Part shown: one piece after another, positions 7,754 through 17,719 of the stretch
Layout of the letters: every line of letters starts with the position of its first letter
How positions within the stretch are numbered: the stretch's first letter is position 1
Source of the DNA: Acidobacteriota bacterium
Lineage (GTDB): Bacteria; Acidobacteriota; Terriglobia; Versatilivoradales; Versatilivoraceae
Direction: 5' to 3'
Assembly (NCBI GenBank): GCA_022821775.1
Contig: JAJECY010000307.1
Location: forward strand, 1 to 60,309
DNA length: 60,309 bases
Program-made: the position numbers and the translations under genes
Notes under the pieces: generated by a model
Databases searched by the model: none
What the model saw: only the letters and a program-made list of their open reading frames with translations
What the model was told of the DNA's origin: nothing

Positions 7754-10700
7754 TCAGGGAACGCCGTAAATGAAGAACGCGTCCCCGGAGGACTGACTGT
7801 CCTGGAATCCGTCGGAAACGACGGCAAAGGTCACGAACGGGTTGGACCCGGAAATTCGGGAGACGCGAACATAGCCCTGGCTGGTTTCCGGAGCATTCTG
7901 CTCGAGAATCGACGCCAACCGGATCGACTTCCGGGCCTCGAGTTCCACTTCCTCGATCGTATGGGCCAGCATCCCGGTTTCTCCGTCGTAGATCTTGACG
8001 CTGAAGAGGCTGGTCTCGTCGCTCAACTCTCCCGTATTGACGATTCCCAGATCGGTTTGGTTCTCCTGGTCCCGGCGCAACCCGTACACCCAGGCCGAGG
8101 TATGGTGGGAGTCTCCATAAGGTACGGCCGCGTGGACAAATCCGTTGCGGCGGCCGCCCATGAGAGTTGAATTCCTCGCACCCACGTAATAACCGCTATC
8201 CTCGCCGGCTCCATCAACGGTGACAAAGATGGAACCGGAGAAATCCTCACCGGCAGCACCCAACCCCGGGAAGAATGACCCCGGCAGGCTCCCCTGTTGC
8301 CGCAGCCAGCTTACGAATCCCGGCATGATGATCTGCTCGCCAGGTCTCACGGAGACGAATCGAGCACCCTGCGGATTCTGAATGCCGTCAGACAGAACCG
8401 AAAAGCCCACCACCTTCCAGGACTTCGACCAGTTTGTCACCACCAGCTCGCTGTTGAACCGGGCGGTTTTCTCCACGGCGAGCAGTGTCTGTCCCTTTCT
8501 GCCGACGGTCGCTCTTTCCGAAACAGGCGCAATAAAGGAACCATCGGAACCGCCCTTGCCAGAGAGGAGGGCATAGGCATAGAAGGGCGCTTGCCCTTCA
8601 ATCTTCTCGACGCGCACATAGCCATTTTCCAGCGAAAGACCGCTGGACCGGAGAACATCTTCGATCTCACTGAATGAACCCGGCTCCAACGTCTGATCTT
8701 CCAGAACCAGAAAATCCGGCTCCAGCGTCTGATCCTCAAGAACCAGGGAATCCGGCTGTCGAGGATCGCCGGAGACGATGGTCAGCCTCAAGGTGATTTC
8801 GCCGCTCTCCTGTGCCCCCAGGTTGTGAATCACAAGGCTGCTGCGATCCGCGTCGTTGTGGCGGAGTCCGCAGAGATACACCGGCTGGTGAAATCCGGTT
8901 GAAACGCCCGGATGGGCCCAACCGCTTCGGCCGCCATCGACCGTCCTGATGGTTCGCACGGCCACCGCCCCTTCCAATTCGGAGTTCAGTCCGGAAAAAC
9001 GAACCGACAGACTGCCTTCCCGGTCTCCCGAATCCGGAATGGGAACCCCCAATTCTCTCAGGTATTCAATAGCATCGGGCACGATGCGCTGCCGGCCCGC
9101 CGGCAGGTTGTCCGTGGCGGCGCCGCTTCCCCCGCCAATGGCCGCCGTGTAGGTGAATTCCAGCGTGGCCGGCCGAGTGCCCCGATTGCTGAGGGTCAGC
9201 TCCGAATTGACCGTAGCGCCATCGGACTCGGTGGTTGCGAGCACAATGGGCACAAAGACTTCAGCATCGCCAATGAGCCTCGCCACAAAGGCTCCATTTC
9301 CTTCCGAAGCCTGATAGGCCCCGGTGGTCAAGGTAACGTCGGAGCCCGCCTGCCCCGTGATGGTGGCGCTTCCCCGAGGGCTGACCCAAAGACCACTGCC
9401 TCCCTCGACGCTCTCGCCGCTTCCCGCCCTGACCGAGTAGACAATCTCCTCTCCCTCCGGGTCCAGTTTGCTTACAAAAATCTGTCCATCGGAAGACCCC
9501 GGGCCTTGTACCTCCGGGAAGTCGGAGGAAAGCGTCACACCCGTGACATAGGCGTTTCCTTGCAGATCCACACCCACGCCATTGGCGTAGTCGATGGAGC
9601 TGCCTCCCAGGTAAGTGGAGTAGACCAGCTCCGTCCCCTCCCGGTTCAGCTTGGAGACGAAGGCATCCAGGCACAGGGAGCTTCCGCAGATTCCGGCTCC
9701 GGGAGCCGTTTCGGAAAAAGCGCCGGCAGTCGTGGGAAAGTCCTGATAGGCCGTGTAACCGGTCACGTAGGCGTAGCCCTGGGCGTCGACAGCGATTCCC
9801 GTGATCGCCTCCAGTTCCTGGGGGGACGCATCGAAGGGGACGGAGGTCCCTCCCAGGCGGAAGCTGTAAAGGATCTCGGCCCCCTCGGAATCCAGCTTGG
9901 TCACGTAGGACTCGTTCCCGTTCCTGCCGGAGAGATAGGCATTGTTATGGGAATCCAGGGACACACCGGTGCCCCCCACGCCCTGGACCGAATAGATCAG
10001 CGATGTCCCCTCCGAGTGGAGCTTGGCCACAAACCCGCCGTCGGCGCCGTCCCCCGTGACGTAGGCGGATCCGTGGGCGTCGACGGCAACTCCGTTTCCG
10101 CCCAGTCCGCCTTCGTTGCCACCGAGATAAGTCGAGTAGAGCAGAGCCGTCCCGGTGGCATTGACCTTGGTGACAAAGGCACTGGTGCAGAACTGGCCCG
10201 CAAGGTCGGCAGGGCACTGCTCGCTTGACAGGGCCGACTGCCAGGCATCGGATGACACGGGGAAGTCGGAAGAGTTGGTGGTGCCGGTGAGAAAGGCATT
10301 GCCCTGAAAATCCACGGCAACTCCATACCCGTAATCGAATCCCGAACCGCCCAAGAAGGTGGAATAGATCAATTCCGTTCCCTCGGGGTTCAGTTTGGCC
10401 AAGAGAACGTCGGGACAGCGAACCAGGTTCGGCCCGTCATAACACTCCCCTTCGCTATGAAGACCTTGAAGGGCTCCGGCGGAGGTGAGAAAGGCGGGGT
10501 TGGCAATCCCCGTCACGTAGGCGCTCCCCTCCCGATCGACAGCGACGGCAAGCCCCCCGATCCCGCCGGCAGAATAGGTCAGCACGGGATCGATCACCAG
10601 AGGCCTGGCCGGATCATGGGCGCCCAATCGGAATCCTACCTCGCCGTTGCCACCGAGCTCGTACTGCACGCGGACCTCCTGGCGAACGCCACCCTCTTCC

Positions 10701-11461
10701 TGAAACGCCAGGGGACGCATCAGCCGGAGACCACCCGGGAGAATGAGGTTCCCCTGTTCATCCAGCGACACCCCGAGATGGGCCGGAATGCCCCTCATCC
10801 CCTCAAAGCGGAGGCGGATCGCGCCGGGATCGACACCCGAATCGAGCCGGAAATCGAACTCCAAACGCCGGCCGTTGCCGTAAAAGATCAAGTCGATCCC
10901 CGGATAGACCTGCTGGTAGCGGACCTTGGAAAAGGTCGGAACGTCCAATCGCCACTGCCCTGGGTCCGTGCCGCGCAAGTAGTGACTCTTGCTTCGGAGC
11001 CGGTTTTCGCCACGGATCCCGGGCCGAGGCTTGCCGTTGACGAGCCGCATCCGCAACGCCGATATCCCCCCAGCCGCCCCCTGCAGCCTGGACCCTCCCG
11101 GGGACCCGCCGGACTGAAATTGAAAGACCAGCTCGCGGTCGAGCAGCAGGTAGCTGTAGCCGGGTCCCCGGGAAAGGAAACGAACCTGCTTCCCTGCCTG
11201 GCCCCGATTCGGTTCGAAGCCAAGTGGCAATTCGGCATAGGTCTGCCGCACCTCGGCCTTGCGGAAAGTTTGCAGCCCATCCGGAAGAATCTCGGGTGCA
11301 GCAATGGCCGGCCGGCCTTGGGTTCGGGCCAAAGGCCGCGGACCCGCACCCCCCGGCGCAAGCTCTCCGGCCGCAAGCGGAGACATGCCACCGCCGGCTC
11401 CAATAAGTGCAGCCAAACCGAGAACAGCTTTCGGAACTAATACCCGGCAACACAATGACAT
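7754..11461 (-). CDS. Secreted SBBP beta-propeller-repeat protein with the shared C-terminal module
   Basis: N-terminal LPLGFEPNRGQ...LVIDPVL domain; repeated LxYSTYLGG...GVAVDxxGNAYVTG...SDFP (SBBP-like) units; C-terminal ~500 aa homologous to that of the LRR protein. Start set at MSLCC because the upstream ORF extension runs through a repeat element. Confidence 0.82.
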   Translation of the reverse strand: MSLCCRVLVPKAVLGLAALIGAGGGMSPLAAGELAPGGAGPRPLARTQGRPAIAAPEILPDGLQTFRKAEVRQTYAELPLGFEPNRGQAGKQVRFLSRGPGYSYLLLDRELVFQFQSGGSPGGSRLQGAAGGISALRMRLVNGKPRPGIRGENRLRSKSHYLRGTDPGQWRLDVPTFSKVRYQQVYPGIDLIFYGNGRRLEFDFRLDSGVDPGAIRLRFEGMRGIPAHLGVSLDEQGNLILPGGLRLMRPLAFQEEGGVRQEVRVQYELGGNGEVGFRLGAHDPARPLVIDPVLTYSAGGIGGLAVAVDREGSAYVTGIANPAFLTSAGALQGLHSEGECYDGPNLVRCPDVLLAKLNPEGTELIYSTFLGGSGFDYGYGVAVDFQGNAFLTGTTNSSDFPVSSDAWQSALSSEQCPADLAGQFCTSAFVTKVNATGTALLYSTYLGGNEGGLGGNGVAVDAHGSAYVTGDGADGGFVAKLHSEGTSLIYSVQGVGGTGVSLDSHNNAYLSGRNGNESYVTKLDSEGAEILYSFRLGGTSVPFDASPQELEAITGIAVDAQGYAYVTGYTAYQDFPTTAGAFSETAPGAGICGSSLCLDAFVSKLNREGTELVYSTYLGGSSIDYANGVGVDLQGNAYVTGVTLSSDFPEVQGPGSSDGQIFVSKLDPEGEEIVYSVRAGSGESVEGGSGLWVSPRGSATITGQAGSDVTLTTGAYQASEGNGAFVARLIGDAEVFVPIVLATTESDGATVNSELTLSNRGTRPATLEFTYTAAIGGGSGAATDNLPAGRQRIVPDAIEYLRELGVPIPDSGDREGSLSVRFSGLNSELEGAVAVRTIRTVDGGRSGWAHPGVSTGFHQPVYLCGLRHNDADRSSLVIHNLGAQESGEITLRLTIVSGDPRQPDSLVLEDQTLEPDFLVLEDQTLEPGSFSEIEDVLRSSGLSLENGYVRVEKIEGQAPFYAYALLSGKGGSDGSFIAPVSERATVGRKGQTLLAVEKTARFNSELVVTNWSKSWKVVGFSVLSDGIQNPQGARFVSVRPGEQIIMPGFVSWLRQQGSLPGSFFPGLGAAGEDFSGSIFVTVDGAGEDSGYYVGARNSTLMGGRRNGFVHAAVPYGDSHHTSAWVYGLRRDQENQTDLGIVNTGELSDETSLFSVKIYDGETGMLAHTIEEVELEARKSIRLASILEQNAPETSQGYVRVSRISGSNPFVTFAVVSDGFQDSQSSGDAFFIYGVP
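8680..8757. repeat. In-frame 36-bp tandem duplication
   Basis: ccggctccaacgtctgatcttccagaaccagaaaat / ccggctccagcgtctgatcctcaagaaccagggaat; encodes LVLEDQTLEP twice. Confidence 0.85.
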
Positions 11462-11470
11462 CAGGCTGGT

Positions 11471-11840
11471 CTGAAACAACAGAAAAAAAGAGTTATCCAC
11501 GAAGACACACGAAGGACGACGAAGGGCCACTAAGAAAGACCATGTTCTTGACCCACTCAAAGGGAACGCCCCTTGGGTTCGCGTGAGGGGAAACGCAGCC
11601 AATCGGCTTCCCCTGCGACAGCCTCTCGTCCTGTTAATCCTGTGCATCCTGTGCATCGATGTTCAATAGGTAGATAACCGGATCAACGGGACAGGGTCCT
11701 TGTTGCCGATAGGCCACGAAGAAAAACCGAAAGAGATCCATTCGTATTCGTGTCAATTCGTGTTCATTCGTGGTTCGTCTTTATTAACGCCCCTCTGTTT
11801 CAATCTCGAATGATCCGCCCATCGTGGGAGGCGGGGGCGA
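11471..11840. repeat. Composite intergenic repeat element (CACGAA/TTCGTG arrays, ATCCTGT repeats, shared 26-nt motif)
   Basis: gagttatccacgaagacacacgaaggacgacgaagggccac is nearly identical to 52378-52418; atcctgtgcatcgatgttcaat is shared with 52589; array attcgtgtcaattcgtgttcattcgtgg; bounded by tgaaaca...tgtttca. Confidence 0.75.
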
Positions 11841-12043
11841 AACTTGTCTCAATCATTCCCGTTTGACCCTGTATCAACCACCCAGCCGTCTGTGACGCCG
11901 GCGCGGCCAGGTGAAAAGCGGATAGTCATTCGATCGACAGGTTGAGCATCTTGCCGGTCTCGGTGTAACCGTTCAAGCGCATCCACGTCACAGGGCGCTT
12001 GCCTGTTCCGAAAACCCCCGGCTGACCCCTCCCCACTCTCCAC

Positions 12044-12086
12044 CCTTCACACTTCAAACTTCAAACTTCCCACTTCAAACTTCAAA
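12044..12086. repeat. Heptamer tandem repeat (ACTTCAA-type) at the TonB receptor stop
   Basis: cttcacacttcaaacttcaaacttcccacttcaaacttcaaa. Confidence 0.75.
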
Positions 12087-15000
12087 AGATCAATTTAACG
12101 GCCAGGACGATCTGGCGGGCTTCCTGGGGAAAACCCGCGGGCGTCCCGAAGGAGGCCACCACTCCCGGCACTCGAGACCCCAGGTCCGTGTTGAAGGACG
12201 AGGCCGCCACGTTGGTCGTCGCCGGCTTCACATACAGGTTGGAGTGGTTGAAGAGATTGTAGAACTCCGCCCGGAGTTGAAGCTGCGATCCTTCCACCCC
12301 GCCCATCTCGGGTAGATCGATATTTTTCGCCAGCGCAACGTTCTGGAAGTGGGTACCCGGGCGCCGGAAGGTGTTGCGACCCAGAGACCCGTCAAACGGC
12401 CCATTGACGGAGAGTTGACAGCCAAAGGGCTCGGCATCGGCAATACAGCTCCCATTGGAGTTGCGGACCCGGTTGACGGGCAGGACCAGAAAGGCGTTCG
12501 GCGTCCGGACATCGACCTGACGTTCCCCGGCACCCAGCATTTCCGGCGCCTGTCCCATGAGTCGCGGCCGGGTGTTGTCGGACAACTCTCGATCGAAGAC
12601 CCGGCCATCCCGAAGACTGAAAGGCTGGCCGCTCTGAAAGGAAACGATCCCGCTGAACTGCCAGCCTGCCAACAAAAGGCGCGTCAATCCCCGGGTTCGA
12701 GCCGCACCCGGAATCTGCCAGACGAAGTGGCCGACCATGCGGTGGCGAACGTCGTGATCGGAGGGGCCCTTGTCCAGATCGGGATCAAAGGCATCCAGCG
12801 GCAACCCGGCGCCGCCGCTCACGCTGTCGTCACCCACCAGCGAGCTCACGTTGTCCAGGGAGTGGCTCCAGGTGTAATTCAGGCCGTACTGCAACCCGAA
12901 CCTGCGCAGGCGCAGGCTGTCAATTCTGAGCTGCATCCCGTGGTAGGAAGACCGGGCCTGATTCCCTACCGTTATCAACGCGGCGACGTGGCTGACCAGC
13001 CTTTCCTCCGGGCGCCCCAGAAACCGGCCGCTGCCCACGCGATTGGCGTTGATGGGCCGGTAGAGATCCTGGCCCCTGGAGCCCACGTAGGAGGCGGCCA
13101 GCAACAGCTTGCTGTCCCAGTCCTGTTGCAGGGTGGCGTTCCAGGCCCAGCTCGAGGCGGTTGCCAGATCCTGGTCCAGGTGGCTGACGGCACTGGGGGG
13201 CATCGACAAGGGACGGGAGGACAACAGGGAGTAGGGATCTTCAAACAGGGCCGGCGCCAACGGGATTCCGGAAATACGGACAACGCTGAAGGCCGGAGGA
13301 TTCAGGTTTTCGTAGACAAAGCCGGGCAATCGCTCGTAGAAGCGTCCAATCCCGGCCCGAAAGACCAGCCGGCCTCTTCCGGTCAAATCATAGGCAAGAC
13401 CCATTCTGGGGGAGATGTTGGTCTTGCCGGGCGGAAAGAAGTGGTTGCGATACCGGCCGGGTGCGTCGACGGTGCGGAGCAATCGTCCGTTGGCCACCTG
13501 CTCCAGGGGAGTGGTCCCGTCCCCTCGATAGAAGCTGGCTTCCAGCAGTTTTTCCTGGCCGATGCGGTGGCCGGAACCAAAATATTCATACCGCACACCC
13601 GGCGACAGGGTCAGCCGGGGCGTTACCTTCCAGGAGTCCTGCATAAAACCGGCCAGGTCGTTAAAGCGATAGTGGCGCCGTGGATTGAAGGGCCCGAAGG
13701 GAGGAGCCAACAGCTCCCCGGGAACCTTGCCTCTCGGATCGAGGTGAATTTGAAAGGAGGATGCCCGGCCGTTCACGAATCGCTGCAGGTCCTTGAACTC
13801 CAGGTGATTGTGACGAGTCAGGACGGACTCGGCAGGGGTCTGGTTGTCCCGGAGATGGACCAGGCTGGCGCCGAACTTGAGGTTGTGCCGACCTCTCACC
13901 CAGTTCGCCATCTGTTGAAACTGGTATTCGTTCTGGGCGCCGCCGTCCCCGTTTCGTCCGGAGGGCAATGCCAGAGATCCCACGGCGCCGCTGATTTCAT
14001 CGCCGGTTATGACGAAAGAGGGGAAGCCTCCAGCAAGCTGGATCGCCCTCCGCCGAAAGAGACGGTTGAAGACCAGGCGGGATTCCGTCAGGAAATTGCC
14101 CGACCAGAACCGCGTCAGGTTGACCGTCATGGTCTGGTTTCTCAAATGAAAGGACCGGTCCAGCAGGGGGGAATAGGGCTGATCGACGGTTGCCAGCCTC
14201 ACATGGTCCTGATAGGCGTAACGGGTGTTCAGCACCGTGCGGGGACCGATGCTGGTGTCAACCCGCGCCGTCCAGAGGTAGGTGTCCTGGGGCGGACCGG
14301 CGCCGGCATCCACCGGTCCGGTTCGAGAGGTCGAAGCCAATGCCGGCAACGTGACAAAGCCCGCCCCGAACCTGGACCCGCAGGCTCTTCCGAAGGGACA
14401 GACGGTCCGGGTGCTGATGTCTGTGTCGGAGAGGTTGGTGGGCAAGGGAAAGCGCTCGAAGATGGCATTGGTTCCGGGTGAACTGGCCGAGAGCAGTTGC
14501 GGGGTTGGGACATAGTAGCTGAGAGGGGCGGAACTCCGTACCAGGATGGGTTCGAACGCCGCAAAGAAGAAGACCTTGTCCCGGTAGACGGGCCCGCCCA
14601 GCGTGCCCCCGAGCTGCCGCCGGTTGAAAACCGGCCGGGGCAGACCCCTGGAGTTGTTCTCGAACGTATTGGCCGCCAGCCCGGAGTGGCGCAGAAAATA
14701 GTAGGCGTTCCCGTGAAACTCGTTCACGCCGCTCTTGGTGATGGCGTTGGCGATGAAGCCCGCGTTGCGGCCATACTCGGCGGTGAAGTTGTTGGTGAGC
14801 AACCGGTACTCCTGCACGGCATCCAGGGGAACGATCTGGCTCGGACCGGAGTTGTAGGGATCGTTGTTGGCGCTTCCGTCCAGCAGGAAGCCCCCGCTCT
14901 CGGCCCGCTGCCCGTTCAAGGCAAAGCCGATGCCCCGCCTCACGCTGGCCTGAGTGGCCCCGGAGCTGACCCCTACAAAATCGTAGGGATTGCGGGTCAA

Positions 15001-15513
15001 CGAGGGCAGCTCCGTCATGACCTGCGGCTTGATGTTGGTGCCCAATGTGGCGGACTCGGTGCGGATGAGCGGGATCCCCCCCAGTTCGGTGACGCTGGCG
15101 ATGACCGATCCCACCTGCATCGAGAAGTTCAGAACCACGGCATCCTGGACGTGGAGCTCCAGGTCGGGCTTCACGATCGTGCGGTACCCCAGCAGGCGGA
15201 TAATCACCCGGTAGTGTCCCGGCGGCAGGTTCGAGAGCCGATAGAGCCCCAGCCGATTGGTCCTGGCCCGAAACCTCTGGTTGGTTTCGATCTGGGTAGC
15301 GGTCACCTGGACCTCGGACAGAACCTGTCCCTGCCTGTCGGTCACCCGGCCGCTGAGCGTTGCCGTGGGATTTGCCAGCAGCGAGCCGGCCAATGCCACC
15401 CACAAGATTGGGACTGGAATCAGACGCACGGTGCGGATCAACCTCCCGTGTGGAGCAAGGATGCAAGCCGGCTCACACCCGAGTATGCCACCCTCGGTTT
15501 CCAACTGCGTCAC
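12082..15513 (-). CDS. TonB-dependent receptor, Oar-like with N-terminal carboxypeptidase-regulatory-like domain
   Basis: ATLSGRVTD N-domain; plug motif DAVQEYRLLTNNFTAEYGRNAG; TKSGVNEFHGNAY; QDSWKVTPRLTL; LRAEFYNLFNH; C-terminal RQIVLAVKLIF. Confidence 0.93.
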   Translation of the reverse strand: MTQLETEGGILGCEPACILAPHGRLIRTVRLIPVPILWVALAGSLLANPTATLSGRVTDRQGQVLSEVQVTATQIETNQRFRARTNRLGLYRLSNLPPGHYRVIIRLLGYRTIVKPDLELHVQDAVVLNFSMQVGSVIASVTELGGIPLIRTESATLGTNIKPQVMTELPSLTRNPYDFVGVSSGATQASVRRGIGFALNGQRAESGGFLLDGSANNDPYNSGPSQIVPLDAVQEYRLLTNNFTAEYGRNAGFIANAITKSGVNEFHGNAYYFLRHSGLAANTFENNSRGLPRPVFNRRQLGGTLGGPVYRDKVFFFAAFEPILVRSSAPLSYYVPTPQLLSASSPGTNAIFERFPLPTNLSDTDISTRTVCPFGRACGSRFGAGFVTLPALASTSRTGPVDAGAGPPQDTYLWTARVDTSIGPRTVLNTRYAYQDHVRLATVDQPYSPLLDRSFHLRNQTMTVNLTRFWSGNFLTESRLVFNRLFRRRAIQLAGGFPSFVITGDEISGAVGSLALPSGRNGDGGAQNEYQFQQMANWVRGRHNLKFGASLVHLRDNQTPAESVLTRHNHLEFKDLQRFVNGRASSFQIHLDPRGKVPGELLAPPFGPFNPRRHYRFNDLAGFMQDSWKVTPRLTLSPGVRYEYFGSGHRIGQEKLLEASFYRGDGTTPLEQVANGRLLRTVDAPGRYRNHFFPPGKTNISPRMGLAYDLTGRGRLVFRAGIGRFYERLPGFVYENLNPPAFSVVRISGIPLAPALFEDPYSLLSSRPLSMPPSAVSHLDQDLATASSWAWNATLQQDWDSKLLLAASYVGSRGQDLYRPINANRVGSGRFLGRPEERLVSHVAALITVGNQARSSYHGMQLRIDSLRLRRFGLQYGLNYTWSHSLDNVSSLVGDDSVSGGAGLPLDAFDPDLDKGPSDHDVRHRMVGHFVWQIPGAARTRGLTRLLLAGWQFSGIVSFQSGQPFSLRDGRVFDRELSDNTRPRLMGQAPEMLGAGERQVDVRTPNAFLVLPVNRVRNSNGSCIADAEPFGCQLSVNGPFDGSLGRNTFRRPGTHFQNVALAKNIDLPEMGGVEGSQLQLRAEFYNLFNHSNLYVKPATTNVAASSFNTDLGSRVPGVVASFGTPAGFPQEARQIVLAVKLIF

Positions 15514-15603
15514 TGGGATCTGGCGCTGTGGGCGAACGGAACCACCGGTACCAGGCAGGGTGGGTCCTGGGGTTCGGATCTGCGGATTGGGGAAGTGACC
15601 GGG

Positions 15604-16941
15604 TCAAGGAAGATCGTCATCTGTGGTCAGATAGGAGTACAGCAGCGGTGTGTCTCCCGGCTTCAGGCTGCCTTCCTTGGGCTCCAGCGTAACGAAGACG
15701 GAATCGATCTGGGAAAGAACCTCGGGATCGTCGAACTCGAGAATCCAGCCTTCATCGTTCCTGGCGTCTGCATAGAAGATACCCAGACTCTTGGGTGACC
15801 CCGTCAGCGAGGAACTGCGTTCCCCCCAGGCTTGCAGCGAGAAATTTTCCAGCGATTTCCGCCCCCTTGGCGTCTCGTGGGCATAGACGAGCAGTCGCCT
15901 GCCCTCGGCGTAAAATACGTGCGCATCCACGATTCGCTCTCCGGCCGGATCGAGGTCCTTGACGTAACTCACACGCAGGTTACGGTCCGTCAACAGGTCC
16001 CGAATGTCCCGATCTGCGGCCAGCAACTCCTGATCCCGCCGGATGGTCTCTGCCTGCTCGTTCACCTTACGAGCCAACTCGTCGATCTGCTTTTCCTGTA
16101 GCGCCAGGGTCACTTCCCGGGTGGTCCCCTGTTTCCGCAGAGCTTCCAATTCGCCGGTTCGAGTCTGAAGAGCCCTCTCCACCCCTGCCAACTGCTCCGA
16201 CAACTGCGCTTCCGAATGCCTGGCCGCCTCCAGAGCCCGATTCAAGGCATCGGCATCCGCTTGGGTCTCCACCAGCTTGCGGCTCTGACTCCGCAACCTG
16301 GCCAGGGCCCTGCGCCGCTGGCTTTGCGCCCGAGACAGTTCCTCAACCAGCCGATCCATTTCCGCCCCCGACGGATCGGGGACTGCGACAGTGACGGGAG
16401 CCGGTGACAGACCGGCCAGGGACTGGTCGGAAATTTGACGATTGAGCCGGCTGATTTCCTCGCGGAGTTGGCTCACCCTGGTCGTGGCGCTGGACAAGCG
16501 CTCTCCACCCCGGTACCACTGGAACCCGTTCAGCCCCAGCGCCGCCACCAGGAGACCGGCCGCCGCCGGCAGGGCGTATCGGGCCATTCGGGTCGGCCGA
16601 TACCATGGCCCCGCCCCAACCCCTGAGCGGGTTGCGTTTCCGGCTCTGGCGGGAGTAGTGGGAGAACTGCTCTGATCCTCGGTGCGCTGCAGAAATCGCT
16701 GCCTGTAGCTGGATTCATGCAGGGCAACCTTCGAGGAGGAATCGGCAGGCTCCCCCGCGGCAACCAGCGGCAGGTGCTCGTGAAGGATCTCCAGGTAATC
16801 CTGATGACTTCTCCGACAATCCTCGCACGCGATCAGATGGGAGCGAAGTTCGACGTACTCCGCTGCAGAGATCTGGCCTAGTGCCGCCAGGGCACACAAC
16901 TGTTCGATTCGTTCACAGTGCGATTCATCAAACTTGGACAT
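15604..16941 (-). CDS. Membrane-bound anti-sigma factor (zinc-binding HxxxCxxC, TM helix, long coiled coil, RskA-like C-terminus)
   Basis: HLIACEDC motif; TM ALPAAAGLLVAALGL; heptad-rich middle; QAWG...SLGIF...VFVTLEPKEGS C-domain; directly downstream of the ECF sigma. Confidence 0.82.
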   Translation of the reverse strand: MSKFDESHCERIEQLCALAALGQISAAEYVELRSHLIACEDCRRSHQDYLEILHEHLPLVAAGEPADSSSKVALHESSYRQRFLQRTEDQSSSPTTPARAGNATRSGVGAGPWYRPTRMARYALPAAAGLLVAALGLNGFQWYRGGERLSSATTRVSQLREEISRLNRQISDQSLAGLSPAPVTVAVPDPSGAEMDRLVEELSRAQSQRRRALARLRSQSRKLVETQADADALNRALEAARHSEAQLSEQLAGVERALQTRTGELEALRKQGTTREVTLALQEKQIDELARKVNEQAETIRRDQELLAADRDIRDLLTDRNLRVSYVKDLDPAGERIVDAHVFYAEGRRLLVYAHETPRGRKSLENFSLQAWGERSSSLTGSPKSLGIFYADARNDEGWILEFDDPEVLSQIDSVFVTLEPKEGSLKPGDTPLLYSYLTTDDDLP

Positions 16942-16959
16942 GGTGACATCCCCTGAGCA

Positions 16960-17559
16960 TCAACCCGTGGTCCTGTTCATGCAGCCGTGGGCCTGCAAGA
17001 AGGACCGCAACTTTTTGAGACCCCGGTAGTAGTGGTTCCTTATGTTGGACAAGGGCTCCTTCATTTGGACGGCAATTTCTTTCAGGAGCAACCCCTGAAA
17101 ATAGGCCAGGTCCAATGTCCGGCGTTCCCTTTCCGTCAACGTCTGCAATCCTTTTTCGATCATCTGACCCCAATCCTGATAGGTGAGGCCGTTCCACCCC
17201 TTCATGGAGTGGGCGAATTCATGGCTTTCCAGGTCCGATTCTTCCGACTGATCATAGAAGTTGCGCAGGGCCAGGTACTTCCGCCGGTTGAGACTCCTGT
17301 GATAGGCATACTGAAGAATCCAGGTCTTGGCGCTCCCCTTGTCGGGATTGAAGACTTCAATCCGCCGGTAAATCTCAATGAATACCTCCTGCATGAGATC
17401 TTCCGCTTCGCCCCGATCACGAAGAATCTTGAGAGCCACACTGAAGACCAGGCGGTAATAGCGGTCAAACAGAAAGCCCAGAGCTTCCTGACGACCCCGC
17501 TTGAGCTCTTCCATCAACTCTTCGTCGGTCCTGGTATGGAGCTGTTTGTCTGTCAACAT
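16960..17559 (-). CDS. ECF RNA polymerase sigma-70 factor
   Basis: DEELM...ALGFLFDRYYRLVF, AEDLMQEVF, region 4 LAYFQGLLLKEIA...YRGLKKLR. Confidence 0.92.
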   Translation of the reverse strand: MLTDKQLHTRTDEELMEELKRGRQEALGFLFDRYYRLVFSVALKILRDRGEAEDLMQEVFIEIYRRIEVFNPDKGSAKTWILQYAYHRSLNRRKYLALRNFYDQSEESDLESHEFAHSMKGWNGLTYQDWGQMIEKGLQTLTERERRTLDLAYFQGLLLKEIAVQMKEPLSNIRNHYYRGLKKLRSFLQAHGCMNRTTG

Positions 17560-17719
17560 GAACCCGAAACCTGGACCGGACCGGCAGGGCCCGGGGCGCG
17601 GCTGAAGAAGAAACCAACCCTTTAAAGTATGCCGCCTGTGCCAGGGGTTTGTATCAACCGGCGGGACTCTGCATTGATCCGCCTTCCGTGGAATCCGCCG
17701 CGGTCCAGATATTTTATTG

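Noticed and set aside
11462-11656. N-terminal extension MHRMHRINR... of the SBBP ORF
   Set aside because: It is a translation of the intergenic repeat element also present at 52360-52610.
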